A stretch of DNA of 64,000 bases from Balanoglossus misakiensis (taxonomy: Eukaryota; Animalia; Hemichordata): positions 8,439,573-8,503,572 of the forward strand of contig CM082594.2 in NCBI GenBank assembly GCA_040954595.2. The letters run 5' to 3'. Position 1 is the stretch's first letter. Every line of letters starts with the position of its first letter. The translations under genes and the position numbers were made by a program. This document shows positions 39,280 through 51,000 of the stretch, piece after piece. A model generated the notes under the pieces. It searched no databases, was not told the origin of the DNA, and saw nothing but the letters and a program-made list of their open reading frames with translations.

Positions 39280-42200
39280 GCAAGAGTCGCATTGCTCGAC
39301 ACGCTATTTTAGGATAATTTTTATAAGACAGCAATAAACACTCGATGTAACCATCAAATCAACCCAGTGCCAGTAAAAACGGAATGATCTTGTTTATGGT
39401 GTATTTAACAGTTCCTTCATTTCCCCCAAATTGTCGACTCCCAGTCACTGAAGTGGCTCGCCTTACACTTTATGACGGCCTGTTTGGGGTTAATACGGCA
39501 TATTAGAGGCTTCTCAAGAATGTAGCCATGTTTTCCCCATCAAGTGCTTCCCATATACATGATTGGAATTTATCTAACATGCCTAAGGGTGATTTGATAC
39601 TGCGCTTTTAAAAATATCATTTTTTTTTTGCTTACATTGGAACGTCAGTGCGATACCACATACCCGGGTAACCCCCTCCCCCACCTCTTCCTCCCCAGTT
39701 CCCCCAACTACCGATACATGCCACCCTCCGCTCCAACCTGGCTCCTAAATCTGATTTTGAAATTACCAATATCGTCTTGTGTTTTCTTTCCCTGTTTGAC
39801 CCGACAGAGTGAGTCAACAATTATTGCATGCGTTTGTTGTTCGACAAGAAACGGTGGTATAAAGGCCATATTTGTTAATAATCAGCTGATGTGCAGGGGT
39901 CGCGAGGGGTCACTCTCTTCAACGTGTTAACCAATGATCGGGAGCACCAAGTGTTGCCCTACAATAGTCGGCGGTAACAGAACACATTGGCAAGCTGGCG
40001 TCTGACGAGGCGCCACAGCCACGCACAAAAGCTGACGGTCATTCATATAGTTGTTTAGATCAACAGCATAGACGAGAGGAAGCGAGCGTGCTAATCAATA
40101 ATTAATCCTTACGACGAGATCTGCTCTTCATTGTTGTCTTATGTCAGATCATATTAAGCATGTCTTCATTGAACAGAGAAGCCAGCCTGTTGTTGTGCCT
40201 GGCTTTAAAGAAGAGAGTGTGTGGGAAAAAATTCTTGGATAACTGGTGTAGCCATTGAAAGTAACAGTTCGGACTTTGATAGTGGAATTCTATCAATACC
40301 AAATATTGATGACATAGTTTGCGCTTTGATATAGCTAGGAACGCTCTCTGGGCTATTGTCGAAGTTTGATATTTAGTCAGGCCTGAGCCCATTGTTCGCC
40401 GACTAAGATGGAATTTTTAGCCGGAATAGTATTAGACAAAATGAATTTTTATCCCTGATTGCAAAAAGAAAAATCTAATCAGATGAGCGGGGTTTGGGTT
40501 GCAGCTGAAATTGATTTCATTTAACTCTTACTACACAACAAATAATGATACATTATTGTATGACGGAGTACTTGAGTGTGTTGTGTGTTGTATCTGGGCC
40601 TGCTAATCCTATCTCGCTCGAATCAGTCATAATGGTGGTTGCCAGCACCAGTTTTCACAACGCCAGATTCGCGCTCTAATCATCCCTTTATTGTGTACAC
40701 ATACAATGTTTTAGTTATCAACCTTACAAGGGTATACATCACTAGCTGTATTAAGTGCATACATTTCTTGTCAGTGCTTTTATTTCTGTGTTAATTACAC
40801 TTATTATGATGGACCATGTACATGCTTATTTCTTACCCACCCTTCCTCCCCGAATGCTTTCCCTATTTATCTGTGTAAAGTGAATTAGATTTTCCATCAG
40901 GCCTCTCCGGAATACTCCCCTCGGTTTGTTGCCGTTGAAATCCCGGATATTCAATGCCTGTGTTATTTTCCATGCATTACTTTGACACAAGGAATTCATG
41001 ATACTCGGGGTTGACATGTGTGTTTGCACGGGTCCCATTGACAGTTTTATACTCAATTCCCTGACTCTCAATCCATTCTACTCCCTAGTGTTGGTTCATC
41101 TAAGCTACTGAAATTGGAAAACATTCTTTGATATGTGTTTTATGAATATATTTCACCGTTACCACCTGCCTGATTGAATTTATACTGGCCACGATTTACA
41201 TCGCAGTATATTTCCCCTCGCTTGCTCGTACAGTATTGCCAGCTACAAGTCAACTGCACATTCTCTGGATGATAATTGATATCTTGGTGTTTCGAGGCAC
41301 CATTTCGTGAATGTTCATTTGAGATACCATGCACAGTATAAATGATCTTTTGAATCAAAATACAACATGTGGTCAGCATACAACGTAATACTGTGTCACC
41401 AAATCCAATATGACACACCACTGATGTTAACAAAAAAACTTGATACAATTAATTTTTCTCATGTTGAGCTGATGCATAGAAACTTTCTTTAATTTTGTTT
41501 CAAGTTTCTAAAAAGTCATATCACAAGATCACACAGACTTTATTTTCCAAATCAGGTTCATGTCATGAATCGCTGAGTGTATTTCATTTTGTCCTCGCCT
41601 GACCTCTGGCAAACTAAGTTCCATTTTTTGACCCTCCTCTCTCTTTGGTGTCCGCTGTTGTAGTCCCAGTGGTTTTATATTAATTTGCATCTTTTTTTTA
41701 AGTCCCGTTGTATATTTTGCCGCTTGATTGCAGCTCGAGTGACTCCCAATACTTGCATATGTGCCACCGTCAATGAGAACACACAAAGCGTCTAGTCTTT
41801 GTAATTTACCTTTCTTCCACGCATTGTTCAGACTGAGATCACATTTCGTTTTATTAGATTCTCCTTTCTCCCTCTCCTGTTTTCTACCAATGTAAAGTGT
41901 TATTTGCTCTTTTGTATCCGGAGGTCGAGGGTCGGGAGTCAAACCAGGCAGACATAAAAGAATGTGGAAATGAAGACCAGCTGCAGGTTTCAGTTCTAAT
42001 TTACAACTCCCTTCACTTCTCTCCCTCTACTCTTCCTATCATTTGTTATCTTTGTGTTTCCTTTCCCACTTTGTCCCTAATACAGCTTTCCTCTCGTCTC
42101 CCACTAAATAAAAACCGGCCATTGATACGAGGAATGTCCCGCATCTCTGCTCTCAATGCCGACGACTAATTTCTCCTCTCTGACTTTTACAGCATGCCTT

Positions 42201-42653
42201 CCTCTTGCCTGCCACGGACTCAAAATATTTTTATTTTCAGATTAATTTTTGTGTCGTCATGGTGACGATGGATGGGTAGAATAAAGCCAATATCTTAACA
42301 CCCATAATCCCCGTTAACAAATAATTTTTCTTTTTTTATATATATTTCAACGCATGTTTAGCATGGTGACTTTGAGGGCACAGAATGTTTGGATGTGATA
42401 ACCATGTGTTTTGGTTTACTGGTGGTGTGTTGCATGTAACACGGTCTGTTTTGGCATGTAATTACAATGTAAATCAACCCCAGTATTAATTAATGGTCTG
42501 TAAAGATATTTTTTTCAGTTTTAATAGCTCGCCTTATTTTTTATCCCACTGTCTTTAATTGGAATGAAGAAAGGATGGCTTTGGGTCAGTTTTGGGGGTT
42601 TAGGTATAGGAACTCATTGCAAATGATATTAAATATATTACTTTGTATAATAG

Positions 42654-42764
42654 GATGATATTGACCGAATCAGTGATGTTGTTGGAGACAACAGCGAGAG
42701 TTCTCAACCTGCAGTTTCATCTGGTGCCGTCGATGAGAAAGCTCATCATTTTGCAAATATTGAG
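42654..42764 (+). CDS. Sowah: Sowah coding exon 6 (DDIDRISDVVGDNSESSQPAVSSGAVDEKAHHFANIE)
   Basis: Acceptor ctttgtataatag, donor GAG|gtaaca, 111 nt, open, phase 0-0, 145 bp upstream of the next exon. Splice sites are weaker, so it may be alternative. Confidence 0.62.
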
Positions 42765-42909
42765 GTAACACGATGTGTAGTCAAAGTTGGTGTATCTTCC
42801 TAACTCATCTAACTGCATGACTTCACAAAAAAAAGAATTAACAGAGAAAATTGGAGGATTTGGTGGAATTTTAATTTTTTCCTCTTTTTTTTATTTCTGG
42901 AATTTCCAG

Positions 42910-43011
42910 TTAAACGAGACGGAAAAGAAATGGATGTTTGAATCAGCGGAGGGCAATACCACTATGCTAGCGTCGCTCTTGGTCAATGAACCAAACCTCT
43001 ACAAACAAAAG
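42910..43011 (+). CDS. Sowah: Sowah coding exon 7, start of ankyrin region (LNETEKKWMFESAEGNTTMLASLLVNEPNLYKQK)
   Basis: Long pyrimidine tract and tttccag acceptor, donor AAG|gtaagt, 102 nt, phase 0-0. L...E..W...A.G......LL...P.L...K is the segment that precedes DF..G.TALHW in Sowah proteins. Confidence 0.9.
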
Positions 43012-44720
43012 GTAAGTGTAATTTGCCGAGATTGCCAAGAGGCCGGTAATTCTACCATCAAACCGCCCCGCAGTCAATCCGAACGGTGCCATCAAGAAAA
43101 GAGGGATTTTTTTTCTTCTCTTTCTCCGACTCTGGTCGTATTCGGAATCAAGAGAAAATTGAATGCTGTATGGTGCTTTTGGGAGTGATTTCGGGCAAAT
43201 CTTAGTGTGGAAAGTGATTTTTTGTCAAGATGTATTGACATGCTTATCCATTTTAGTGGCAGTGCAGCCTGGGGGTAGTGTGGAGGTTAATTCGCATTAT
43301 ACCGGGCAGATGCTTTCTTTTGGAGATCTCAAATGAGAAAACAATGATTACAGAGATTAATTGCTTTCCTCTAGAAGTACCTTAGGCGGCCGGTAGATAA
43401 TGATTGCAAAGTACTCCACTATTTCTCCCTGGTGATCTGCCGTAATTTGTTCTGTCATCAGAAAACAAGTGCTAAGTATTCCAGCGTTTTTTTTCTCTCT
43501 CTCTCTCTTTCCCAGTCATGCTCAAAGTTGAGCATATGTGGCGGTGACTTCAGTTCGCCAGCTGTTCACCGTTCCCCCTCCGAGTGACTCCTGGGTAAAA
43601 AAAAAGAGAGAGAGAGACTCTCCTAATTTTAGTGTACCCCTAAGCGTAGTTTTCCTTGGCAGGTGTCCAAATGTTTGTGGTTTAGGTGTCTACCAACATA
43701 GTTAACAACTCCTAATTTGACTTTCCAAGGAGGAGCCCATCAAAAGGCCACTGGCCAAAGCCCCATGCATACGAAATGAGCCTAAGCCGTTTAATAAAGA
43801 TCTGTAATTAGGCAAGGGTGATGGCTAATTATCTGGGGCCACTTTGAGGGGAACCTACTGGTAAACAGATAATTCTCTGTAGCCACCTGTGTGCGAACAA
43901 TTAAAAATACAAACTGTTCCTGTCAGTGGACAGGCAACTGATCAATCGGGCTTAAAGACAAATGAAACTGATCCCCCCTCTCAGCCAGCAGGGGATAAGC
44001 AACGTTAATTAGAGTGACATCACAAGAACTTGGAGCCTCCTAATGATGTAATCACTCTGGAATGCAACTATGAAATTATTGATGAAGTTAGTGTCCCCGA
44101 TAATCTGGTAATTTTGATTCACAATCCCGCTGCATGTTTTACTTCAAAAGGCCCGAATGCGCAGACAAAGCGAAGGAAAGGAATGTCACTATTGATTACG
44201 GCCGAAGCCCCCGTGTCTCTCGCATTTGTGACAGACTTTTCACCGACTTTGTTTTGTGGTAGTCTTGCTTGAAGCAGCCCCGATATTGTCGGTTTTGGAG
44301 ACAAGGAGGGGGAGGGTGTTAAGTCGAAAGTCGGTTCAATTTTGAGAAAAAAAAGGAACGCTGAAGCTAATTGAAAGTTGAAGTAATACCCAATAATGAG
44401 AGTGCTGGGCCTGCATCAGAAATACAGACTAGCATGTAATTTGCCCAATTCCCCAGATACGCCGCCAATAATAAACCTGGTGATAGCCACTTCACATGGG
44501 ACCATCGTTAGATACCCTACCAAACTTGTTTATGCATTTGTAATTGATTGTCAGTATATTCAAAGTTTGCTTTTCACAAGGGTTAGCTCAAGCGGAAGTT
44601 TTTCTACCCTCGTCTCTCGCAAGTGGTGTGGTTGGAGTTGGGTGTGGGGGATGTGTTTGTTTACGCTTGAAATGTCATCTGTCAAAACCGTATACTCAGA
44701 AATATCCCCTGATATTGATC

Positions 44721-45000
44721 TGTTGGTGGTTTGGAACAAAAACGTAGCGAGGCTAGGAAAACATGGCAGACAAAAGTGGACTATTTGCTGGTGCTTTTAC
44801 GTGTATTTTTATTAATGAAATTTAAAAATAAAAAATAGGTAAAATGGTTGTACTTGGAAGAGATGTTGGTGTTCTGAAACAAAAACATAGCAAGGTTTTG
44901 AAAACGTGACAGACAAAGTGGGCCATTTATCAGTGTGTTTTTGTGTATTTTTATTAATAAAATTTAAAAATAAAAGTAAGTATGGTTGTACTTTGAAGAG
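44721..45000. repeat. Diverged tandem duplication, two copies of about 140 bp
   Basis: aacaaaaac(g/a)tagc at 44735 and 44878 (period 143). Both copies share cagacaaa, gtgtatttttattaat, atttaaaaataaaa and atggttgtactt. Confidence 0.9.
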
Positions 45001-48000
45001 GTATTTTGCTTATTATTGGAAAATTGGGTTAGGCGTCATTAATAAGTTGAGTGAGTTGGAGGAGAGTGTGTAAACTGTTCACATCGCTAATGAGGAAGAC
45101 TGTCAACGAGGGGACACCGAAAACTATGAAATATGGTTATGCATAAATGTCATCCTCTTTAATGAGACAAAGTGGGATTGGTTTTAGGGAGATAATATAG
45201 CGATAATATAAATTTAGTGGAATCGTATTGAGTCATGTAACCGTAGGTGAGATATGGAATTAACGCTTTGACCAGATGACAAATATTTTGACCCGAGCTT
45301 GTGATCTCTTGCAAGTGAAATGATAATGCGAGAAAAGGAAATACTAGTACCTCCCCATCAAAAAAAAAAAATGTTTGAAATGGTGTAAGCAGAGAAAAAG
45401 TCAGGTTAATATGGGAATTGTGTTCAAATTGAACTGGATGATGTAATAGAAATGTAGGGGAGTTCACGGAGCAAGATTTATTGGTCTCCAGTATTTGAAT
45501 ACGCGATGACCTTTTGTCTATTCCTCACGTGTGTTGGGTAGAAATCACCTGGGCCAAGTACTGTGTTAGCACTTCAGTTCAACAAAAAAAAATATCAGTG
45601 TGGGTACATGTGGGACTGGTGTGGTCAAAACACTGAAGAATTTTCAGTGTGCGTTTCATGTTTATCTTGTATTTTTCGATACGTGCCACTTCTGGCTTGA
45701 AGTTTTCCGGGGGAAAAAACTGGAATGACTGTGATATCACAGTGGGAATAAAAAAGAGAGAGAATCAACGCTGTTTTGTATCACGACTGTCAGTCAACAA
45801 TAAGTGAACTTTTTCTGTAACTCGTGAAGATTAACGGTGTAGAAGTAATTTTGGTTCACTGAACACATTTTTAGATTGCTATTGTTGCCACCGAGCGGGT
45901 GTGATAACCGTGAAACTTGTGTTGAACCTGCCTCGCAATAATGTGTTTCATTGTCGGAGAATTTTTCTTAATTTACTGTACAATGCAGCAGATATTGCCA
46001 TGGTGACTCAGTAAAATAAAATAAAAAAATACACAAAAAAAGGCATGAGATTAGAAGCACACAGTAGCAGTGGTTTATGTCGTGTTTGAGTGCGTATGAA
46101 TATGGCAATAATTTATACCGATACTTTATTGTACTGTGTAGTTGAAATCATGTGGAATCAGTTATCTGAACAAAGAATAGTCCCCCACAATAGTGCAGTC
46201 TGGTCAGGTTGTAATGATGAAAAATATCAAATTATGATGTGAAGGACACTGTAAAGCTATATCTGGGTACTGTACGCGGTAAGATATTAAGTTAGTGAAT
46301 TCAGAATTTGGTTTATCCAATTGTTAGAGCACGTTCCAGTCAGAGTTGTGTAATTTGCTCATTATCTTCATCGTGTTCTTGTTATGACATCATTTTATGT
46401 CAGAAAATGATATTGCTTTCCCAGAAAAGAAATGTTGGTTCAATAAAAACACAATAAGAATGCAACAAGGGAGGTGTGTGTGTGTGTGCGATCGCTATGC
46501 AAGGTTAGTGCTATGATATTCAATAACAATTTTATGGAACTCTAAATTTGATTGTTTATGACGCCAGATGTGGGGTAATAATTTTCAGTGTACTTATGTG
46601 GTTTTTTGAATGGTTTGGTTACAGTGCACTTGTCATGCGTTCGTGTTGTCTTTTTGTATGATTTCAATATGTTGCATGTATTTTGAATCAAACATGAGAA
46701 TGTTTTAGTTATGCACATGATCAGGAAGAAAAGTGAATCAGTCATGATTACGACTATTAAACAGACTTGGATACCAGATATGCTGCTATCAGGGGAAAAA
46801 AGCCTTCATCGTCTCGCAACCAGTTGAAATGATCATTTTACACAAAGATGATGGTAGGATATCCAAAGAAAAAAAAATTGATGAGGTTAGATCATATCAT
46901 TTTATGGGACTCGGCTGATAAATGTTGATAGCTCTCTGGGAAAAAATGTAGAATGATGCCTCCCTGATGCCGTTAGGAATTACAAAAACTCCATAAAAAA
47001 ATTTGTCCAAGTGTGGTCGTGGTTTTTTAACTAATACTACACGTAATTTCCTTGTAGTTGTAGTAGTTCAGCAGTAGCAATGCTCATTTCATGTTTATGT
47101 AGTGTAAACGATTCTTCTTTAAGTTTTCAAAAGTTTGCCCAGGCTGTGTACGCTGGGATTTTTCTGACTGTCACAGTATATTATTGAAGTGATGATTGTT
47201 AATATTTATTGTGACCCTCCCAGTGATGTGCCTATTCTTGTACACATTCACTTTTTCTCTGGAAACCCGAAATTCTGCTGTTGAATGAAAGAGAAAAAAA
47301 CTTGAAGTCATCTGGTGCTGTTAACAGCTGTGTGCTCATGTTGATGGGTTTACATGTGACTTGAGATAGACAGAGATTTGTCATTTTATTGACTTTCGCT
47401 ATTGTTCAAGTGGTTTCACATTTGTAAGCATTGTGGCTGGCGAGGGAGGGGTGTGTATGACTCTATTTTGCCCGTCCAGGGTTAGTGTCCCAATGAAACT
47501 CATAAAATCCTGGCATACAAACAGACAAAACAAGCAGAACACTGGTACAAGTATTCTCTCTCTCTTTTTTGTTTTGTGTGTCCGTCGGTGCCTGGTGGGA
47601 TTTGTTCGGTGTAACTGGGGTTGCTGCAGGGTGGCTGGCTGGCTGGCTGTTGGACCAGCGGGCGGGCCAGCTCACAAGTGGTCTTTACATTAGCATTAGA
47701 CTCGGAAAGATATTAACTGCCCCTATGTGGGTGCGATCATGTAACAGGGCCGAAGTACTTACAATGCTACTTGTAGCATGTGTAGTATGCAGGCTACTTT
47801 TGTTGGGTCATAACTCACAGATATAGCCGTAGTTTATCACTTACTACACAAAACAGAACAGGCCCATTTGACATAAACTGTTAGTTGGTAAGATGAAACT
47901 ATGTGATTATAGTTTGCAAGACAACTTTATGGAGCAGTTGTGTTATTAGTTCAAGTATAAAACCACTCCAAATGACATCAATAGGGACTTGATGCAACAA

Positions 48001-51000
48001 ATAAATAGTTAACAAGTAGTAAATGAGAGGGCTCTGGTTTTCTCCTTTATTTTTAATGAGGTGACCAAGCGGCAGATATAGTTTCAGTGGTACTCTCATA
48101 CTCTGAACTCAGACAAGCAATACTTCCATTGGTGGTTAGGATTTTTTTTTTTTTTTTGGGGGGGGGGGGTGATTTTTTTTTATAACTTTTCCTAGAAAAA
48201 ACCTTCAAACCAGCATAAAACAAAGTTCTCCAAAAGAAGAAGGGTTTCAAAACTGTTTGCATTTGTGACTGATGATATTTTTTGTAAGACTGGGAAAATG
48301 TTTATTAGAGGTATAAAAGCACATTTTATGGATTATTATGAAAAAATATTAAATTTGAGCCGTAGTTAGCTTTTTGACATTTGAACTCAGTTGCGACAAT
48401 TAAAACAAGCGTTATTTTACTGAAATCTGCTACAATTACAAGTCTGCCGAATTTCCCAGACTTGGTTCAAGTCAGTAAGACATCTTAGATTAATAATCAT
48501 GGGAAAATCCCACCACCTTTTGTTCGGAGAAATGTAGTCGTCCTTTGTTCTTGTTTTGGGATTGTATGCAACAGGGAAAAGTTCGACAAATATGTGCATT
48601 TATCAGTCAGATTTGTTTCCCCCTTTTGAACTATTGATCGAGCTTAATGCATGGAAATCACTTAAAACTCTTTTGAATCCAGAAAAGGACGCTAAACAAA
48701 AGCCGTCAAGGATAAACTTTCTTTCTCTTTACTCTTTCTGTTTTTCGATTACAGTTTTGACATGGTGGTGTGATAATGCTTCGTGTACCATGCATATGAA
48801 ACGAAAGTTACACGCAATTAATCTCCTTGACTTGCAAAGTGACCATTGTGGCGAGTTGGTCAATTCTGGGTTGCCATGGTAATGCGGAAAGATGGTGGTC
48901 CCCTGTAACTGACACAGTTTCCTCCGAATGTTCAGTGGTGTTACCTCGGTAACAGCATAGTGATTTGCGAAGAAGCGAACGTATGTGTCCCATTGTTTGG
49001 GTAAATAGTTTTGTTCTGTTGTGAAGTGTGCGGAACACATTTCAGACACTTGCTAGTGGGCATTGCTGTCCCAGTCACTGAAATTTGATTTGTTGGTGAT
49101 TATAGAACCAGTGAGAACTTCAAGCATTCAATATCAAAGTCAGCCATTAGTTTGAATATCTACACTAAAAACCATGCCAATGAGAAGACAAGCATATTCT
49201 GCTAAGCTATGAATTCAGCCAATAAGCTATAAGGTCCTTTTAATTCAGCCAATCAGACATCAGGCTCATGAACTCAGTTCTTCAGTAATTCAACCAATGA
49301 GAAATGTTTCACTTTAATTAGTATGACAATCAAAAAATTTCAATAGGTGTAACAGCCAATTCTAAACAAAGCTTATGAGAAAGTCTCATTGTTACCAGTC
49401 ATGAAAAACTCATTAAAAACCACATAAAAAAACTGAAACCATATAAAGATTGTCTGCAAGGATCGCCTAAATAACAACAAGGATGTTGGAGGGGGAACAC
49501 AATGTGAATTATTCGGCAAATCAGTCATTGACAATAACACAGTGATAAACTCTCCCTGTGATTTTCAATATTAGCCTCTGCACACACACACACACACACA
49601 CCGCCCAGATTCATTCATCTCTGCCCATGTAATGACGGCTAATTTTATGCTACACAGCGTGGGGATTGACAACAATTTATGGAAACAAGGACTTATTACT
49701 TTGAAATCACGCATTAGGCACGAGAAAGGGGGGTGATTGTGTTGTTGAAATGCACCTTGAACTTGAGTAATGTATAATCCCGTCGATGATATGATAGTGT
49801 AATAACACTTTTCATTATATTGCTCCATGGAGTAAATTGCTAATACTGCACACAGTGGGTAACTTTTACTAATATTGCAATATCTTTTAGAGCTAGCCAG
49901 ACAAATCTGCTGGTACTATTTACTGATTAGAGTCTGTAATGTAATGGAACCGTCCTGCTGTTAGCAGTGAATGGACGGCCACTCTTAGCGTCGTTTCACT
50001 TTGTTTTCAATATTCCCCGAAAGATATGAACCTGTATGTCCGTGAAAAGACACTGAAATCAACAAAGGGGAGGAATGGGTTCGCCCAGATTGCCGCCATG
50101 GTGAGTCTGTTCATCTCAAGCCTGATCAAGAAAGAAAAAAAATCCCATTTGTTTAACAGATATCATTAGCGCATACGCAGGTAGGCTCTGAAATATGTAA
50201 TAAGTTTAATACGCAACCATCAAGGAGGGTAATTTGTCAAAGCAGGAAATGGTAGTCGTGTTGTCATTGTAATAAATATAAAGTGTAAGTAGTATTGCAT
50301 GGTTAGGTTGGGATATCATTGATGGTGGAAGGACCTTTGCCCGGAGTTGGGAGAGAGTGGCCTATATAGACTGATCTATTAGACTCCAGAGAATTACCAT
50401 CTCTTTGCATTGACAACACACAACATCCATGTTATATATCTTAAATAAGTTGCCTTTCACAAAAGAACTAAGTGTCTGCTATTGTGTTCAGAAACTGATT
50501 ACAAGACCCCATCGCAGAGAATAAAAAATGGATTTAATGCTGTGGGGATGTTTAAGGCATGCTGATTTTGATATGAATTTTTCTCATTCGCACCCGACTG
50601 TCTGTTTGCCTTATCTGGTGATGGTAGAAGGGCGACAGATCAGGGTGGATGTGGATGGGTGAACTTGCGCTATCAGCCGGACTTGTGGCGCGTAGCCTGT
50701 CTTGAAATGCCGAGCAGATTTCCCCCCCGAAAAAGTGAAACATATTGACAGCTGTTTTGTGTGGAGATCAAAAGGGAAGACGAGAGAGAGAGAGAGAGAG
50801 AGAGTGACTTCACATCACAGCAACATCATGAATAATATGGAGCAAATTAGCGCGCGTGTGCACACAATAGAATTGGCTTTATGATCGCCAAGCTACTGTA
50901 ACAAATTAATAGATATCAATAGATGTCCCAGTTGAACGACCCGCACAAGTTTTCATTAATTTGAAAAACAATAACTAGCTGGCCATAAAGAATTGATGAT

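Noticed and set aside
44721-45000. Two-copy repeat as a CRISPR-like or functional array
   Set aside because: Eukaryotic context, only two diverged copies and no repeat-spacer structure; a simple local duplication.
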